A DNA stretch of 64,000 nucleotides from Octopus sinensis (Eukaryota). This document shows, piece after piece, positions 23,010 to 36,504 of the stretch. How positions within the stretch are numbered: position 1 is the stretch's first letter; each line of letters begins with the position of its first letter. The position numbers were made by a program, and so were the translations under genes. The stretch covers positions 23,932,001 to 23,996,000 of the forward strand of contig NC_043009.1 of assembly GCF_006345805.1 (NCBI RefSeq). The letters are read 5' to 3'. Under the pieces are notes generated by a model. That model was not told the origin of the DNA. It did no database searches and was given only the letters and a program-made list of their open reading frames with translations.

Positions 23010-23900
23010 TTGAAAGAATCTAAGTCCAGTGTGCTCTTAGTGCTTATTGTTCCTGCATATCTGTCACATACAAAGACGACTTTATCTGTTAATCGATCTA
23101 TGATTACATTGCATATCTTATGTATCCATAGTTTACACTGGGTGCAGCGAATGGAATTTTTTCCAACTCCTTTCGTACATATTGAGCGGGTACGTGTACA
23201 TACATACATACATACATACATACATACATACATACATACATACATACATACATAATGGATTCTGTTGTCGCTTCGACGTATGAAGGTTCACCAAGGATAC
23301 ATCAGTAAAATGTTCTTTCAGTGTTTTGTCGTACCGTCTCATGTGATACTTCATGTCTATCCTATTGGAGACGTTTTCGTCGTGGTCTCCATCTTCTCGT
23401 GGTGGACTGGCTCCAGCTATATGTAGGGTTCGTTTCTCTTTCAGTGTGTTGATCCCGTTTGCCAGAGATAGCTTGGTAGCAACAGTTTATTCATCAAAGT
23501 CTGTTCAATGTTACCGATTCCTGTATCTTCTGGTTTGTCTGCTAGGTTTCCAAGCAATTCTTTCGCGTGCCCTTATGACAGAGGAGTAGGTGGCATTATT
23601 CCTTGGCATCAGAACTAACCTGACCATAAAGGTGGGCTTTAGCTTTGCGAGCGTCTCCCATGCGTACCGCATGGCCAACCAACCTCATTTGCCCTTTCAT
23701 AATGAATCTCTTGATGCTTAGAATATCACGCCTTGTAAGAATTTCTGTGTTGGAGACGTTATCTTGCCATTTGATGTTGGGAACTCAGCGAAGACAACAG
23801 GAGTGTAATTAATCTAGCCGTTCAGTTTGGCGCCTTTAATGTGTCCATTATTAACTGCTAAGTAGGAAACTTGAAAAAATTCAGCACAGTGTATATAGAA
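23010..23900 (-). mobile_element. RTE-clade LINE fragments
   Basis: CTQCKLWIHKIC...FVCDR Cys motif and IKWQDNVSNTEILTR...GHAVRM C-terminal RTE motif, degenerate. Confidence 0.55.
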
Positions 23901-24469
23901 TGTTATTCTCAATCACAACAATAGGGTCATGTTATGGGCTCTGGTCCTGGCTGCTCTATGATCTTAGATTTTCTCAAGCTGATTGTTAGGTTAAAACAAT
24001 CAACCTATATTTTGATGTCCTGCAGAGAAAGTGCTATCAAAGAACAGTCGCATGCAAATAGAAAGTTTCCGAGACGTTGTTTCTTGATTTGGGTTTTGTT
24101 TCCGTGATACAGCAGATTGAAAATGACCCTTTCTATCCTAAACTGTATATGCATGCACACCGTTATCAGCATTTCTGCAACTTGCAGATTGATTGAAATG
24201 TAGAATGCAAAGATGACAGAAGGTATTTTACAGCCCTGCTTGATCCTATTCTCTACAACAAAAAAGGATCAGTAACTGAGCTGCCTTCAAGCACGGTACC
24301 CGTCATACTATTGCGAAATAATGAGCTTAAGTACCTTAACAATATTTTGTGGGCAACTAAATTTGTGCAGAACTTTTCAAAAGGTTTGTCGCCAAAATAT
24401 TTTGTTAAAGCAACGAAGGGCATATAGAGATCCTAGACCTGCTCTGAGGCCGTCTCCTAGGAATGATGC

Positions 24470-24800
24470 GAAGGGAATACCATGGTATTATTCCAAAGGA
24501 ATAAATGGTGTAAAATGCAATCTTCTCATCAGGAAAGAAAGAGAGCCTCTCTCAACAACAAGACATTATAACAATTACGATGGCTGCCTAAACATCGACA
24601 CACCTAACTGTATTACCTAGGCAGTCATCGTACTTGTTATGATATCTTGTTGTTGAGAGAGGCTCTCTTTCTTTCCTGATGAGAAGATTGCATTTTACAC
24701 CATTTATTCCTTTGGAATAATACCATGTTGACTTCGAAACATATGTTGACTTCGAAACATATGTTGAAAGTAATGGAATTTTATTAACATCTTCGTTCAA
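24470..24800. mobile_element. Inverted Penelope pLTR pair with hammerhead (24671..24770, +)
   Basis: 24480..24590 is the reverse complement of 24619..24727; CTTTC-CTGATGA-GAAG...CTTC-GAAA-CATATG-TT-GAAAG. Confidence 0.7.
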
Positions 24801-24976
24801 CTCCATTTATTTATTTATTCATCTATAATACACAATTTACTGCACATTAACCCGGAGTTTCTACCTTTGGATAGGTCGCTTCAACCGTGTTTCTGACGTG
24901 AATTGCTACCCTGGTAACGGTTCATTGAATTTTCCATGTTAACGGTAAACATAGGATAATTCATTCACCCATTGAA

Positions 24977-25007
<31 letters not shown>

Positions 25008-25268
25008 CTGCATTATTTACTTACATATCTAGCCATTTTGCTGCCAAAATCAGATAAATATACCCCAAATTTCATTACCCTTAACTGTGGAAAGCAGTTT
25101 TCGTTGGGAGAATGTCATAATTAAAACTGTTCTATTGAGATGTATCAAGTTTATTGGGGCAACGTGATTGCAAAAGTTCTCAGTTCAATTTTTAGTAGAT
25201 ATTTAACAAAATTACTGGAATAACTATGAAGTTTAATTTCACTGTGAAAGTAATATACATACATACAT

Positions 25269-25372
<104 letters not shown>

Positions 25373-25430
25373 TTGTATATATATATATATATATGTATGT
25401 GCGTGTGTATATGTGTGTGTGTGTGTATGC

Positions 25431-25462
<32 letters not shown>

Positions 25463-25541
25463 CGTTTTGGAAATGACAGCAACCCAGTTATATGTTGCTA
25501 CCCGTAACTAATTAATTTATTCCACATTACTATAATTTCAG

Positions 25542-25727
25542 ATGAAATCGATGCTGCAGGAACTATCTTGAGAGAAATCTTCAAAGTTCACCAAGATGAT
25601 GGAACATTCGAGAATTCTGTGTCTGACACTGAGTCACAAAATAATAATTTGACGTGTGCGAAAATGAGATGTTCCTGGAAATCGAATTCAGGAACTTGCA
25701 CTTTATACACTCCCTATGCTACGCAGT
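25542..25727 (+). CDS. Gene B exon 2
   Basis: tttcag|AT...CAGT|gtaagt, 186 nt; EIDAAGTILREIFKVHQDDGTFENSVSDTESQNNNLTCAKMRCSWKSNSGTCTLYTPYATQ; CSW..N.G.C matches gene A. Confidence 0.85.
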
Positions 25728-25933
25728 GTAAGTATTACCTTCGTTGTTTGAAATTTTCAGTTATCTTCCGAATATCAAAATGATGTTTGTTGCTGGAGAT
25801 AAATCGTAAATATGAAGGGATAATTCTTTTTTTACGGAGAATAAAAATGCGAAAACAAAAAGAAGAAAAAAAACGGCCCATACTCACCTTAGTGAGTAGC
25901 ATCTTATAAAATAAAATAAAACGAAAGAATTGG

Positions 25934-26097
25934 TGCAGGCGTGACTTGTGGTAAGAAAATGTCTTCCCAGTCACATAGTTCCGAATTCAGTCTCAGTGAG
26001 TGACACCATAAGCAAATGTCTTCTATTGTAGTCTCGGGCCGACTAAAGCCTTGTGAGTGAATTTGGTAGACGGAAACTGAAAGAAGCCTCTCGTATA
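25934..26097 (+). mobile_element. SINE family 1, 5' half
   Basis: Head through GAAACTGAAAGAAGCC. Confidence 0.7.
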
Positions 26098-26171
26098 CAT
26101 ATATTTTTTCTTCATACGATTTAATCTATATTGCTTTTGAAGGTTTTATCACCTTCTGTATATGGGTGTGT

Positions 26172-26244
<73 letters not shown>

Positions 26245-26259
26245 GTATATGTATATATG

Positions 26260-26304
<45 letters not shown>

Positions 26305-26351
26305 ATATATATATATGTATATATATATGTATTATATATATATGTATTATA

Positions 26352-26387
<36 letters not shown>

Positions 26388-26537
26388 CATATATATATAC
26401 ATATATATACATACATATATATATACATATATATATATAAATAATAAATAAATAAATATATATATACATATACATATATATACATATACTTACATATATA
26501 TATATATGTATATACATACATATATATATATATATAT

Positions 26538-26579
<42 letters not shown>

Positions 26580-27189
26580 ATCTATATATATATATATATA
26601 TATGTTGTCTCTGTTTAACTTGGCCACATCTACCTGCAGCCCTATGCTTATTGTTTCGGTTTCTATTAGACAAGCGAAATTATAAAACTATAAAATTATA
26701 AAATTATAAACCTAGGAGGTTCGACAAAAGAGACCGATAAAATGAGTACTAGGATTAAAACATAAGTCGTAGAGTCGATTTGTTCAGCGAAAACCGTCCA
26801 AGGTGGTACTCAAGCATGATCGTCGTCAAATGACTTAGCACGCCAGGCGAAAAGCTTAGCGTTATATTGCTCGTCGCTCTGTTCAGAGTTCAAATTCTGC
26901 CGGGCTTGGCTTTGCCTTTTATACTTTCGGGGTCGATTAAATACGTCCTAGTTACGCCCTGGGGTCGATGTGATCGACTATCCCACATCCCTAATCTTTA
27001 CATCTTGCGCCTATTTTAGAAAAGATTATTAACTTTATTATTACGACGGCGACCTGGGAGAACTTAGCATGTCGGACAATATGTTTAGCTGCATTTAGGC
27101 TGTCATTACTTTCTGTGTTCAAATTCAGTCGATGTCGACTTTGCTTTTTCTCCTTTCGGGGTCGATAGAATAAGTACTATTTGATCACA

Positions 27190-27528
27190 GAGGTCGATGT
27201 GATGGAGTAAGGATTGTTTAAGATGTTCAATGAAACACACATATATCCAGGGATGAATTAGCCAAACCCCAAAGAATTTCTCTCAACAAATGGCTATGAT
27301 GCTCCCCCACTACTTCTACTCATGATCAGAGATGCATATATTGGTCAGCTGCTAAGGGACATGCTCAACTGGTTACGATCAAATAACTGACAAGCAAATC
27401 TGTGGTATTGAGAAGAATATTTGTTGTAGCCCATCGTTTGTACCAAGACAGAACAATGTACATGATTACACTTCCAATCAGTTAAGAAGAGAAGCCATGG
27501 AGTCACTGCCTGGTATTGCATCAGGGCG

Positions 27529-27588
<60 letters not shown>

Positions 27589-28144
27589 GAGTGAGAGAGC
27601 AGTTCATGCCATCAAAGTGACACTGGGGTAAAATATACGAAGCCCAATATACCCATCATGACTACCCGTCTGATAAAGGTACACCAGGCACATGCATCAC
27701 AACCATATGTGCGCGACATGGTGATCTCATATCAAGATAAACAGCACATGACCTTGCAGGTGGGGCCCAGTTAGAATTTTCTTCAGGTTGAGTAGCCCAT
27801 CCCGCTCAAACGGTCCCTGAATAAGGGTTGTTTAAGGATGTTGAAAGAACCACCCATGTTTCCAGAGGTGAACTATTCAAACCCCAAAGAATCCCTCTCA
27901 ACACATGGCTATGATGCTCCCCCACTACTTCTGCTCGTGATCAGAGATGCACATATCGTCAGCCACCAAGGGACATGCTCAACTGGTTAAAGTCAAACAA
28001 CTGACAAGCAAATCTGTGGTATTGAGCAGAATATTTGCTGTAGCCCATCTTATATACCAAGACAAAACAATGTACATGATAACACTTCCAATCAGTTAAG
28101 ATCAGAAGCCATGAGAGCCTCTGCCTGGTACTGCATCAGGGCAA

Positions 28145-28145
<1 letters not shown>
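27190..28145 (+). mobile_element. Two tandem RTE-type 3' ends, each with an (ATT)n tail
   Basis: 27190..27530 and 27830..28145 are near-duplicates, each followed by (TAT)n. Confidence 0.65.
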
Positions 28146-28211
<66 letters not shown>

Positions 28212-28684
28212 GTAGTAGTAGTAGTAGTAGTAGTAATACTCCACTTCGCTTTCCATATTTTGAGGACCGATAAAATTTGTCCTAGTCAAGTTGTTGGGTC
28301 GATACAATCAATCTGTTCCTTCTGTTGAAAACTGCTGTTCTCATGAGAAAATTTGAAGCCATTAAACAGTGGCTTATCAAACCTTAATAGGCAGTGACGA
28401 GATAAAAAAGAAATAGGTGATCTACGACCCCTTGTTACAATGAAAGGAATCGTTAACTCACGAGGATAAGGGGAAATTAAAAGATCACCCGGTTGCTTTT
28501 GGTTGAGGAGACACAGCATGTTGAAAGACCTGCGTCCCAGAATCCACTGTGCCCATGTCTTCGTTATTCTCCTATGACACACTAGAAATACTAGCATATT
28601 TTGCATGTGAGCCTGTCAAGATCTATAAACAAATAAAAAATGAAAATAGTCACAAATATATTAATTCCTTTTATTTATATTTAG

Positions 28685-28768
28685 TACAATTTGGAATGCT
28701 CCTTTTGGGATCTGGAATGGCTGTCGCTCTGTCATATAAACATCGTGCATTTATACACCATGTTATGC
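28685..28768 (+). CDS. Gene B exon 3
   Basis: tttag|TA...ATGC|gtgagt, 84 nt; LQFGMLLLGSGMAVALSYKHRAFIHHVM; same length, phase and gtgagt donor as the other copies. Confidence 0.75.
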
Positions 28769-29329
28769 GTGAGTAATCACTTTTCTTTTTTTTCAATGTA
28801 ATTTGTGTTTTGTGACTGTCATTTCAGTAGTAAGAACTGGTTCCGTTTCACTTCATTTTATTATTTGTCAACAAATTGGTTGTGACCTGGAAAAATTTCA
28901 TAGCAGCGTATCTTCCAGTGTTACATTGTGAGTCCATATGCTGCCGAGGTAGACTTTGCCGTTCACCCCTCTGCGTTGATAGCAGTTGATTAATGAGGGT
29001 GATGTAATTGACTAGACCCTGTTCCAAAATTTCAGCCTTAGAAAGTAGTGTAGGAAAAAATTATTATTTTTCAACGAATTAAATAATCAATTGTTTAATT
29101 AATCGTTCAGTTGCACAAGAGAATGATTTTCATGCGATTCGTAGCGAAAGAACCACGACCCAAAAGCAATTGATTAGTTGATTGTTTAACTAGTTGAGTA
29201 ATAATAATAATAAATAGAAGTGAATTCGTCTGAATTTTTGTGTCATTGAATTCATTTTCCCCAAGGAAAAACTAATCTACGAGCATTAGATTTCTTGGAA
29301 GAAGGATCGAATGTATACGAAACAGGGAC

Positions 29330-29417
<88 letters not shown>

Positions 29418-29732
29418 ATTCTAAAAATTTCTAAAATGAGAACATTGAGGAGATATATGGAGTGCTTAAACCAGAATTGCGGCATACATGCATACATAGA
29501 TAATACACACACACACACACATATAAGGAGTGGCAGAAATAGCCCGAAACCAGGACTGGTCTACTGGTCCCGACACTAAGAGATTGTAGGGGTTCCCTCC
29601 CCTGCTCTCAATTTTATCGGATGCATCTGTGCGTCGGAAACAACCAGCTAGAGGAGATGACCTCTCGCGGTTAAAAAATCGCAGTATAGTCCGCTCAAAC
29701 GGACAGTCAGGTTATAGTGGCTGCGAATATTA

Positions 29733-29779
<47 letters not shown>

Positions 29780-30234
29780 TATATATATATAAAGTTAAAA
29801 TTGAAGTTTAAGTTTAAATTTAGAATTTACACTCTGTGTTTTGGGTATGCTCCCAGTAGTATGCCGACAAAGTACGTTCTCTACATATGGTGTCATCTAC
29901 GATAATTGCACAGTCGTCGCTGAAACTACACTGGGAATTCCTCAGTGCAAGTTGAAAATAGTAGAAAGAATGGATATGGAAGATAGAGTATACTGGAAAC
30001 TTCTTTTACCACAAGGGTCCTTTTTTACACATCTTGCATCGCTCCTTCGAGGGTGGGATTCACCGCAATTCCTCATATAGTTTCCCACCGGCGAAAGAGA
30101 GTAACAGAATGTGTCGAAACGATCGTAGTGATAGACAAAGTTTCCAGTATACTCTATTTTCCGTATGCATTGTTTCTTCTATATATATGTGTGTGTGAAT
30201 GCGTGTTTGTGTGCATGTGTGTGTGTGTGCGCGC

Positions 30235-30274
<40 letters not shown>

Positions 30275-30382
30275 TTGTGTCTGTGCATGCACTCAAATAT
30301 TTTCTCTCTCATACACATAAGAATATATAACGTGCATCTTCACCACTCGTTAATTACTATATTTTTTAAATTTATTATGCAG

Positions 30383-30717
30383 GAGACGGGATGGTCACAT
30401 ATTTCAATTTCCGCATTTTAAATAAATCTTATCGACTTGAAGTCAGAGAAAGAAGAATCACCTGCCCTCATGCTATTGTATGCCTTAAACTAACAGTGAG
30501 TTATGGTTGCCGTCGATTGATTTATAATTTCGGTTGTACCAGGAATATTTACCAAGACACTGAAAGTAAACCAGTGAAGGGAGTCGTCAATTGGAATTCC
30601 AATCTCAAAAATTGCATGGAATCCGAAGATGTTGATTCTGTTAAAACTGAGAATGTCAAAAACTTTATTGAATCAAATCAAAATGAAAATTCTCTCAAGT
30701 GGGACCATGATGCCTAG
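30383..30717 (+). CDS. Gene B exon 4 (terminal)
   Basis: atgcag|GA; DGMVTYFNFRILNKSYRLEVRERRITCPHAIVCLKLTVSYGCRRLIYNFGCTRNIY...NQNENSLKWDHDA*; shares YFN, C..., GC and NENSL.W with gene A. Confidence 0.83.
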
Positions 30718-31618
30718 AAGCAAAGTGTTCTTAAATAAAATGAGTAATAGTACTTTCATTCGTTTATAATCAGTTAAAAATAAAAATTAATATCACATTG
30801 TTGATTAAATAGTGTAGCATATTGAGAGCTAGAAAAGTAATCAAATATATTGGTTATCAATTATATTGATTAAACAGTAAAGTATATTCATAGGTAGGAA
30901 TAGAGAAACAAATCGATCATAAAATCACAAGAATATAAGAAACCATTTTTTGCTCAATAAATATTTGATTGATGTATGTTTTGTTTTGTTGTTCGCTTGA
31001 TTTTCTTTTCATTTCATTTTACAATTTATCATCTTTCAAAAGCCTTCCTCATGGCGCGCCAAACTACCGGAAATATTTCTGCAGTAAATTTTGCCGGTTA
31101 GAGAACATAGCTATTTAAATTTAAATTCAAAATCGTAAGGGTGGAAAATTGAATATTAATTTGATTAATATCAATTTAACACCAGTGGTCTAGCATATTT
31201 AAAAAATCTGAAGTTGTAATTAATTTTGCATCTTTTCATTTGTCTTGCTCGCTTACGATTTGGCGTTTCATTTCGTTTGCTTAATTTTTTTGAGAACATT
31301 CCCTTCTTAGCGGTAAGGCCATAGCGGATCTTCTTCTAGCATAATGGATGTCCACTTACATATCATCCCTTTTATATGTATGTAATATAATGCTTTCTGA
31401 TAGACGATATAAGGAAAAGAACGACTGGTCATTCGGATTTTCCTATCTTCTGGTGACGTCTAATTTGGTGTCCCTTTTTTGTATCACCTAACAGTCAGGA
31501 TGTTTTGCGCTTTTGTCCTATTTTTGTCTTTTTTATATATAAAATGTAGCGGCGTACGTACACTTTGGTCTCTTTCTCTCTCTCTCTCTTTCCCTCTCTC
31601 TCTCTCTCACACACACTC

Positions 31619-31658
<40 letters not shown>

Positions 31659-31759
31659 AGCTTAGAGAAGAAGAAGAAACGAAACCAAACCAAACGAATC
31701 GAATATATATATATATATACTAGCTGAAGGTGACCCGCTCTACGCGCGGGTAAGAGTGT

Positions 31760-32102
31760 GGTTGTTACTTTCTGTTGCTTCCTTTCAGCACGTAAAAAGC
31801 ACCATCCGAACGTGGCGGATTGCAGCGCCGCCTTGACTGGCTTCTGTGCTGGTGGCACGTAAAAAGCACCAACCGATCGTGGCCGCTGCCAGCCCCCCTG
31901 GCACCTGTGCAGGCGGCACGAAAAAGCACCCACTACGCTCACAGAGTGGTTGGCGTTAGGAAGGGCATCCACCTGTCGAAACACTGCCAGATCAGACTGG
32001 AGCCTGGTGCAGCCTCCTGGCTTCCCAGACCCCTGTCAAACTGTCCAACCCGTGCTAGCACGGAAAACGGACGTTAAACGATGATGATGATGATGATGAT
32101 GA
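31760..32102 (+). mobile_element. RTE-tail repeat with internal GCACGTAAAAAGCACC repeats and an (ATG)n tail
   Basis: Three GCACG(T)AAAAAGCACC units; GGACGTTAAACGATGATG end. Confidence 0.7.
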
Positions 32103-33123
32103 TTCTCCCTCTTTGTTTCTTTCTCCTTTCTCTCTCACTTTCCCACTCTCTTACTCTTCCTTTCTCTCGGACTCTCCCTCGCTTTCTCTTACTCTCTATC
32201 TTTATGTATCTCTCTCCCATTTATAAACAACAAAAGATCTTGAGTAAGTTGAGAAATAAAATATTTAGAAAGATTAATCATAAATATCAGGCAGTTACAA
32301 AGGAATGGTCTGCTTCAAGACAGACAGCAAAACACTAACATTTAAAAGGGACAGACGAACTTGCGAGCTGAATAAAAATAATAAAATATTGGAAACCAAA
32401 GTTTGAAGGGATAGAATTTGAGGATAGTAGAGTCACCATGGCTGGCATTTCTTAACGACGGACAGCAACGTATTGACAGTTCAACGGCTGGCGTAAAAGT
32501 TTGAACTTGATGTAAAAGAAAATCCCTAAAAACCAAGTTTTGACTTGATTCTTTCTCACGACAGTAGACTCACGATGGCAAGCATTCATCATGGACGGCA
32601 ACACATTGACGATTAAAAGGCTGGAGCAAATTTTTTAGCTTGATGTAACAGAGAATTGCTAAACACCCGCTCCTTTAAATTGACCGAGTTCTGGTCATAG
32701 ACCATAGAACACTAAACTAAGTTTCCCGAGTTCTGGTCATTTGCAGAATAAATAGAGACGGCGGAGGTGGCAGATGTCGTTGCAATGTAAACATGATTTG
32801 TTATAAGAGAAAGATTGCCCAGATTGTGTATTGGTGGTGGCGATGATAATTATCATTAGGAAAAAGAGTGAGTGAGTGAGGAAGACATACATAAGTTGTG
32901 GCGATGATAATTGTAGACCCCTTTTCACATTTTGATGAAGAGAACCCGATTTCATTCGGGTGTACTGGGGCTACATATAGGTGTGTGCGTGTGTGTGTGT
33001 GTGGTGTGTGTGTGTGTGTGCACGCTGTAGAAATTAAATTAGAGATAAAATCACTAATAGGGAAATGAAACAGTAAAAAACCAAAAGCAAAAACAAAAAT
33101 AAAAATATAATATTAGATATATG

Positions 33124-33193
<70 letters not shown>

Positions 33194-33652
33194 GACAGGT
33201 AGACAATAGAATGCGATGGCGATGGGGATGGCGAGTAATATTTGTTACTGTCCATGAACGCTGAGAGATACATGAGTAAAATGTATAGGAAGGTAAGAGA
33301 TAGAGTGAGTGAAAATGTTCTTGGAAGAGAGTAAATAGCTACAGAGTGATTTGAGGAAGACTTTACATTAAATAACGGTAGTTGCATTGTCAAATGAAGA
33401 GGAATGACAGAGTACTGGAGGAAATAGGGTGAGGTAGGAAGATGGCCCCTAGCAACCACACCTTTTAAGATAGGGATTTGTAAGGTAGCCCACGCGCATC
33501 GTCACCTCATTCTACATGTCCCTGTAAATTTTGGAGCGAATCGGACGGGATATAGTGGCATTGAAAGCGAACCAAGCGGTAAAAAGGCATTTCAGTTTTA
33601 TATATAGATATATATATATATATATCTGTAATATGATAAGTGACAATAATTC

Positions 33653-33905
33653 GGTAGCCATAATAAAACTCCGAGTTTCGGATGTCGGGGCGGAATCCCA
33701 CGCCGCCGTCTCTTCAGTTATCCGGCCATCGAAAAAATGCTATGAAAATGAGCGTTAAACAAAGGGAAATTACTGTGTGATAGACCGTTATTAAGACATG
33801 ACAGGTAAGTGAGGGGAAGGGGTAAAGGTAAGGGAGTAAAAAAGTTCATAGAAGGCGGCGTGTGTTTCCGACATCCAAAACACGGAGTTTTATCATGGCT
33901 ATCGA
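33653..33905. mobile_element. MITE-like inverted repeat
   Basis: About 55-bp imperfect inverted arms (33653..33712 vs 33852..33905), non-coding. Confidence 0.45.
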
Positions 33906-34025
33906 ATAATTAGTCACGTATTATATTTACAGATAAATTCCTCCATTTACATAGTATCAATGTCTCTTTCATTCTTTTGTTGTCTTACCATTTCTACCAA
34001 TATATATATTTCTATTAATATATAT

Positions 34026-34432
34026 AGGCGTAGGAGTGGCTGTGTGGTAAGTAGCGTGCTAACCAGCCACATGGTTCCGGGTTCAGTCCCACTGCGTGGC
34101 ATCTTGGGCAAGTGTCTTCTGCTATAGTCCCGGGACGACCAATGCCTTGTGAGTGGATTTGGTAGACGGAAACTGAAAGAAGCACGTCGTATATATGTAT
34201 ATATGTATATGTGTGTGTGTTTGTGTGTCTGTGTTTGTCCCCCTAGCATTGCTTGACAACCGAGGCTGGTGTGTTTACGTCCCCGTTACTTAGCGGTTCG
34301 GCAAAAGAGACCGATGGAATAAGTACTGGGCTTACAAAGAATAAGTCCCGGGGTCGATTTACTCGACTAAAGGCGGTGCTCCAGCATGGCCGCAGTCAAA
34401 TGACTGAAACAAGTAAAAGAGTAAAAGAGAGA
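34026..34432 (+). mobile_element. SINE family 1, full length
   Basis: Complete head to tail. Confidence 0.85.
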
Positions 34433-34436
34433 GAGA

Positions 34437-34516
<80 letters not shown>

Positions 34517-34631
34517 ACATGTTGCATCAAAATTAGATTTAATAGAAAATAGGATTCATTTCATTCTTTCTCTCTTATTGGACCTCTCAAAAATTTTAAA
34601 TTGTTTTTTTTGGAACTTATTTCCCTCCACT

Positions 34632-34716
<85 letters not shown>

Positions 34717-34960
34717 ATCCAAACATGAACAAAGAGGAAACACAACAACACGAGGACGTGGAACAAGTATAGTGTTATTGGACGCTCAGGAAAGGAAAGA
34801 AAGAAAGAAGGAGGATTTAACGTTTTGAGCGGAGCTCTTCGTTAGAAACATAGAAAATGGAAAGGTCCAAGGAAGGGAAGACGGAGAAAGAAAATCGCAA
34901 CGATGCACCCGCTGTCACATATATATACACGCACACACCCATACATATACGTTTGTGTGC

Positions 34961-34996
<36 letters not shown>

Positions 34997-35039
34997 ATAA
35001 AACGGTAAGATAACAAAAGAAAGAAAGAGACCTCAATAT

Positions 35040-35850
35040 TATGTAAATAGAGGAAATTTATCTATACAATATGTTACATTACTCGGTAGTCAAGATAAAA
35101 CTCTGAGTTTCAGATGCCGAAGTGGAAATCCACAACACCATCTCTTCGGTTATCTGGCTATTTGAAAACGTTATGAAAAAATACTGTTAAAAATGAAGGG
35201 AAATTACTCTGTTATAAAAATACGTGGCCTGACAGAGGGTAATTTCAAGGCCAGGTTCAATAACCACACTTTGAGCTTTAGGCACTGGAACAAAAGAAAA
35301 GCGACACAATTATCCAATCATATTTGGTCTTTAAGAGATAAAGGTGTCGATTATAACATACAATGGAAGATTTTGGCCAGATGTAAGCCCTATACTAACG
35401 GCAGCGGAAGGTGCGGTTTATGCGACATGGAGAGATGGCTTATCTGGAAAAGCAGCTTAGACCCTACCACATGTCTAAATACAAGGACAGAGCTTTTCGG
35501 ATCATGCCCACATGTGACTAAATTTCTGTTACGTTTTTGGTCCCCTAAAGAAAACGGATAGAACATGCTTTCTGTGTTATGTCCCAAGAAGATTTTATAT
35601 ATTTTTATATATTTTTATATATTTTTTATGTATTTTTATATAATTTTTATGACGAAAAATGCGAGCGATGTATAAGTAAGCAGGCAAAGCAGAGTTATAA
35701 CAGAGTAATTTCCCTTCATTTTTAACGGTATTTTTTCATAACGTTTTCAAATAGCCAGATAACCGAAGAGATGGTGTTGTGGATTTCCACTTCGGCATCT
35801 GAAACTCAGAGTTTTATCTTGACTACCGAGTAATGTAACATATTGTATAT
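35040..35850 (+). mobile_element. 5'-truncated Penelope element: GIY-YIG C-terminus flanked by inverted pLTRs
   Basis: ORF 35193..35561 (FKARFNNH...LSNHIWSL...C.LC..E...CPH); 35068..35218 is the reverse complement of 35696..35848; hammerhead-like fold at 35757..35819. Confidence 0.8.
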
Positions 35851-36088
35851 ATATATATATATATATATAGGCATAATTAAATCTCAGAATGAGATTGAAA
35901 CAGTAATCGCTCGATAATGTAAAGTATAGAAGCCATCTTATCATGTCTAACCACATTGGTGAGGGGGTTGTTACTGTAGCTTTATAGCCCCAAGAGATCT
36001 TCGTCTCTAGCTGGCTCTAAACACAATATCTGTGTCTTTGGAGTATTTGCAAAGGGAGGCCATCCCTTCCTCGCAAGCCTGAGTGATA

Positions 36089-36131
36089 CGCTCGAACTAG
36101 TTTCGGGATGGTTGTCCCTCGTCAACGGGCG
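36089..36131 (-). ncRNA. Hammerhead motif in the 3' terminal repeat of LINE 2
   Basis: CGCCCG-TTGACGA-GGGA-caacca-TCCC-GAAA-CTAG-TT-CGAGCG. Confidence 0.72.
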
Positions 36132-36504
36132 GTAACCACCAGGTAGCGATGAAATTTTCTTTATTATGATCAATAGATCTAACATAGAATGGATACATTA
36201 CAGGACAAAACAGTTACAAAAATGCTATGCGAGTTCGAATGAAATTTAAAAATTACAAAATTAAAATTTTATGTCACTTGAACGAAAACTTGGCTTACTT
36301 TTGCCTTGAAACGAAACCTTGGCTTACTTTTGCCTTTATCACGAGAACTTTTAGTGCGTATGTTTTCTTTTCATTTCTTTTTTTTATTATTAATTCTTTA
36401 TTTTAAACAGTTATGTACAGTGAAAGGTAATGGGAGGTACCAGTTTCAATTTTGAACCCGGCAGCCTATAAATCCCAGCAGCCGATCCCTCCTTTCCTCG
36501 ATGA

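Noticed and set aside
31240-31320. Candidate exon 1 for copy C (ends GCG|gtaagg)
   Set aside because: In-frame TGA upstream in the phase 1 frame, and no ATG or signal peptide.
31760-31935. CRISPR-like spaced repeats (GCACGTAAAAAGCACC x3)
   Set aside because: Eukaryotic context, irregular spacing, internal to a dispersed RTE-tail repeat, and no cas genes.
34026-34100. tRNA genes at SINE heads
   Set aside because: A/B-box-like motifs continue directly into the SINE body; no cloverleaf.
34810-34860. Hammerhead-like motif on the minus strand (CTAACGA-A-GAGC...GCTC-AAAA)
   Set aside because: G5 and G12 are both mutated; only a decayed pLTR relic.
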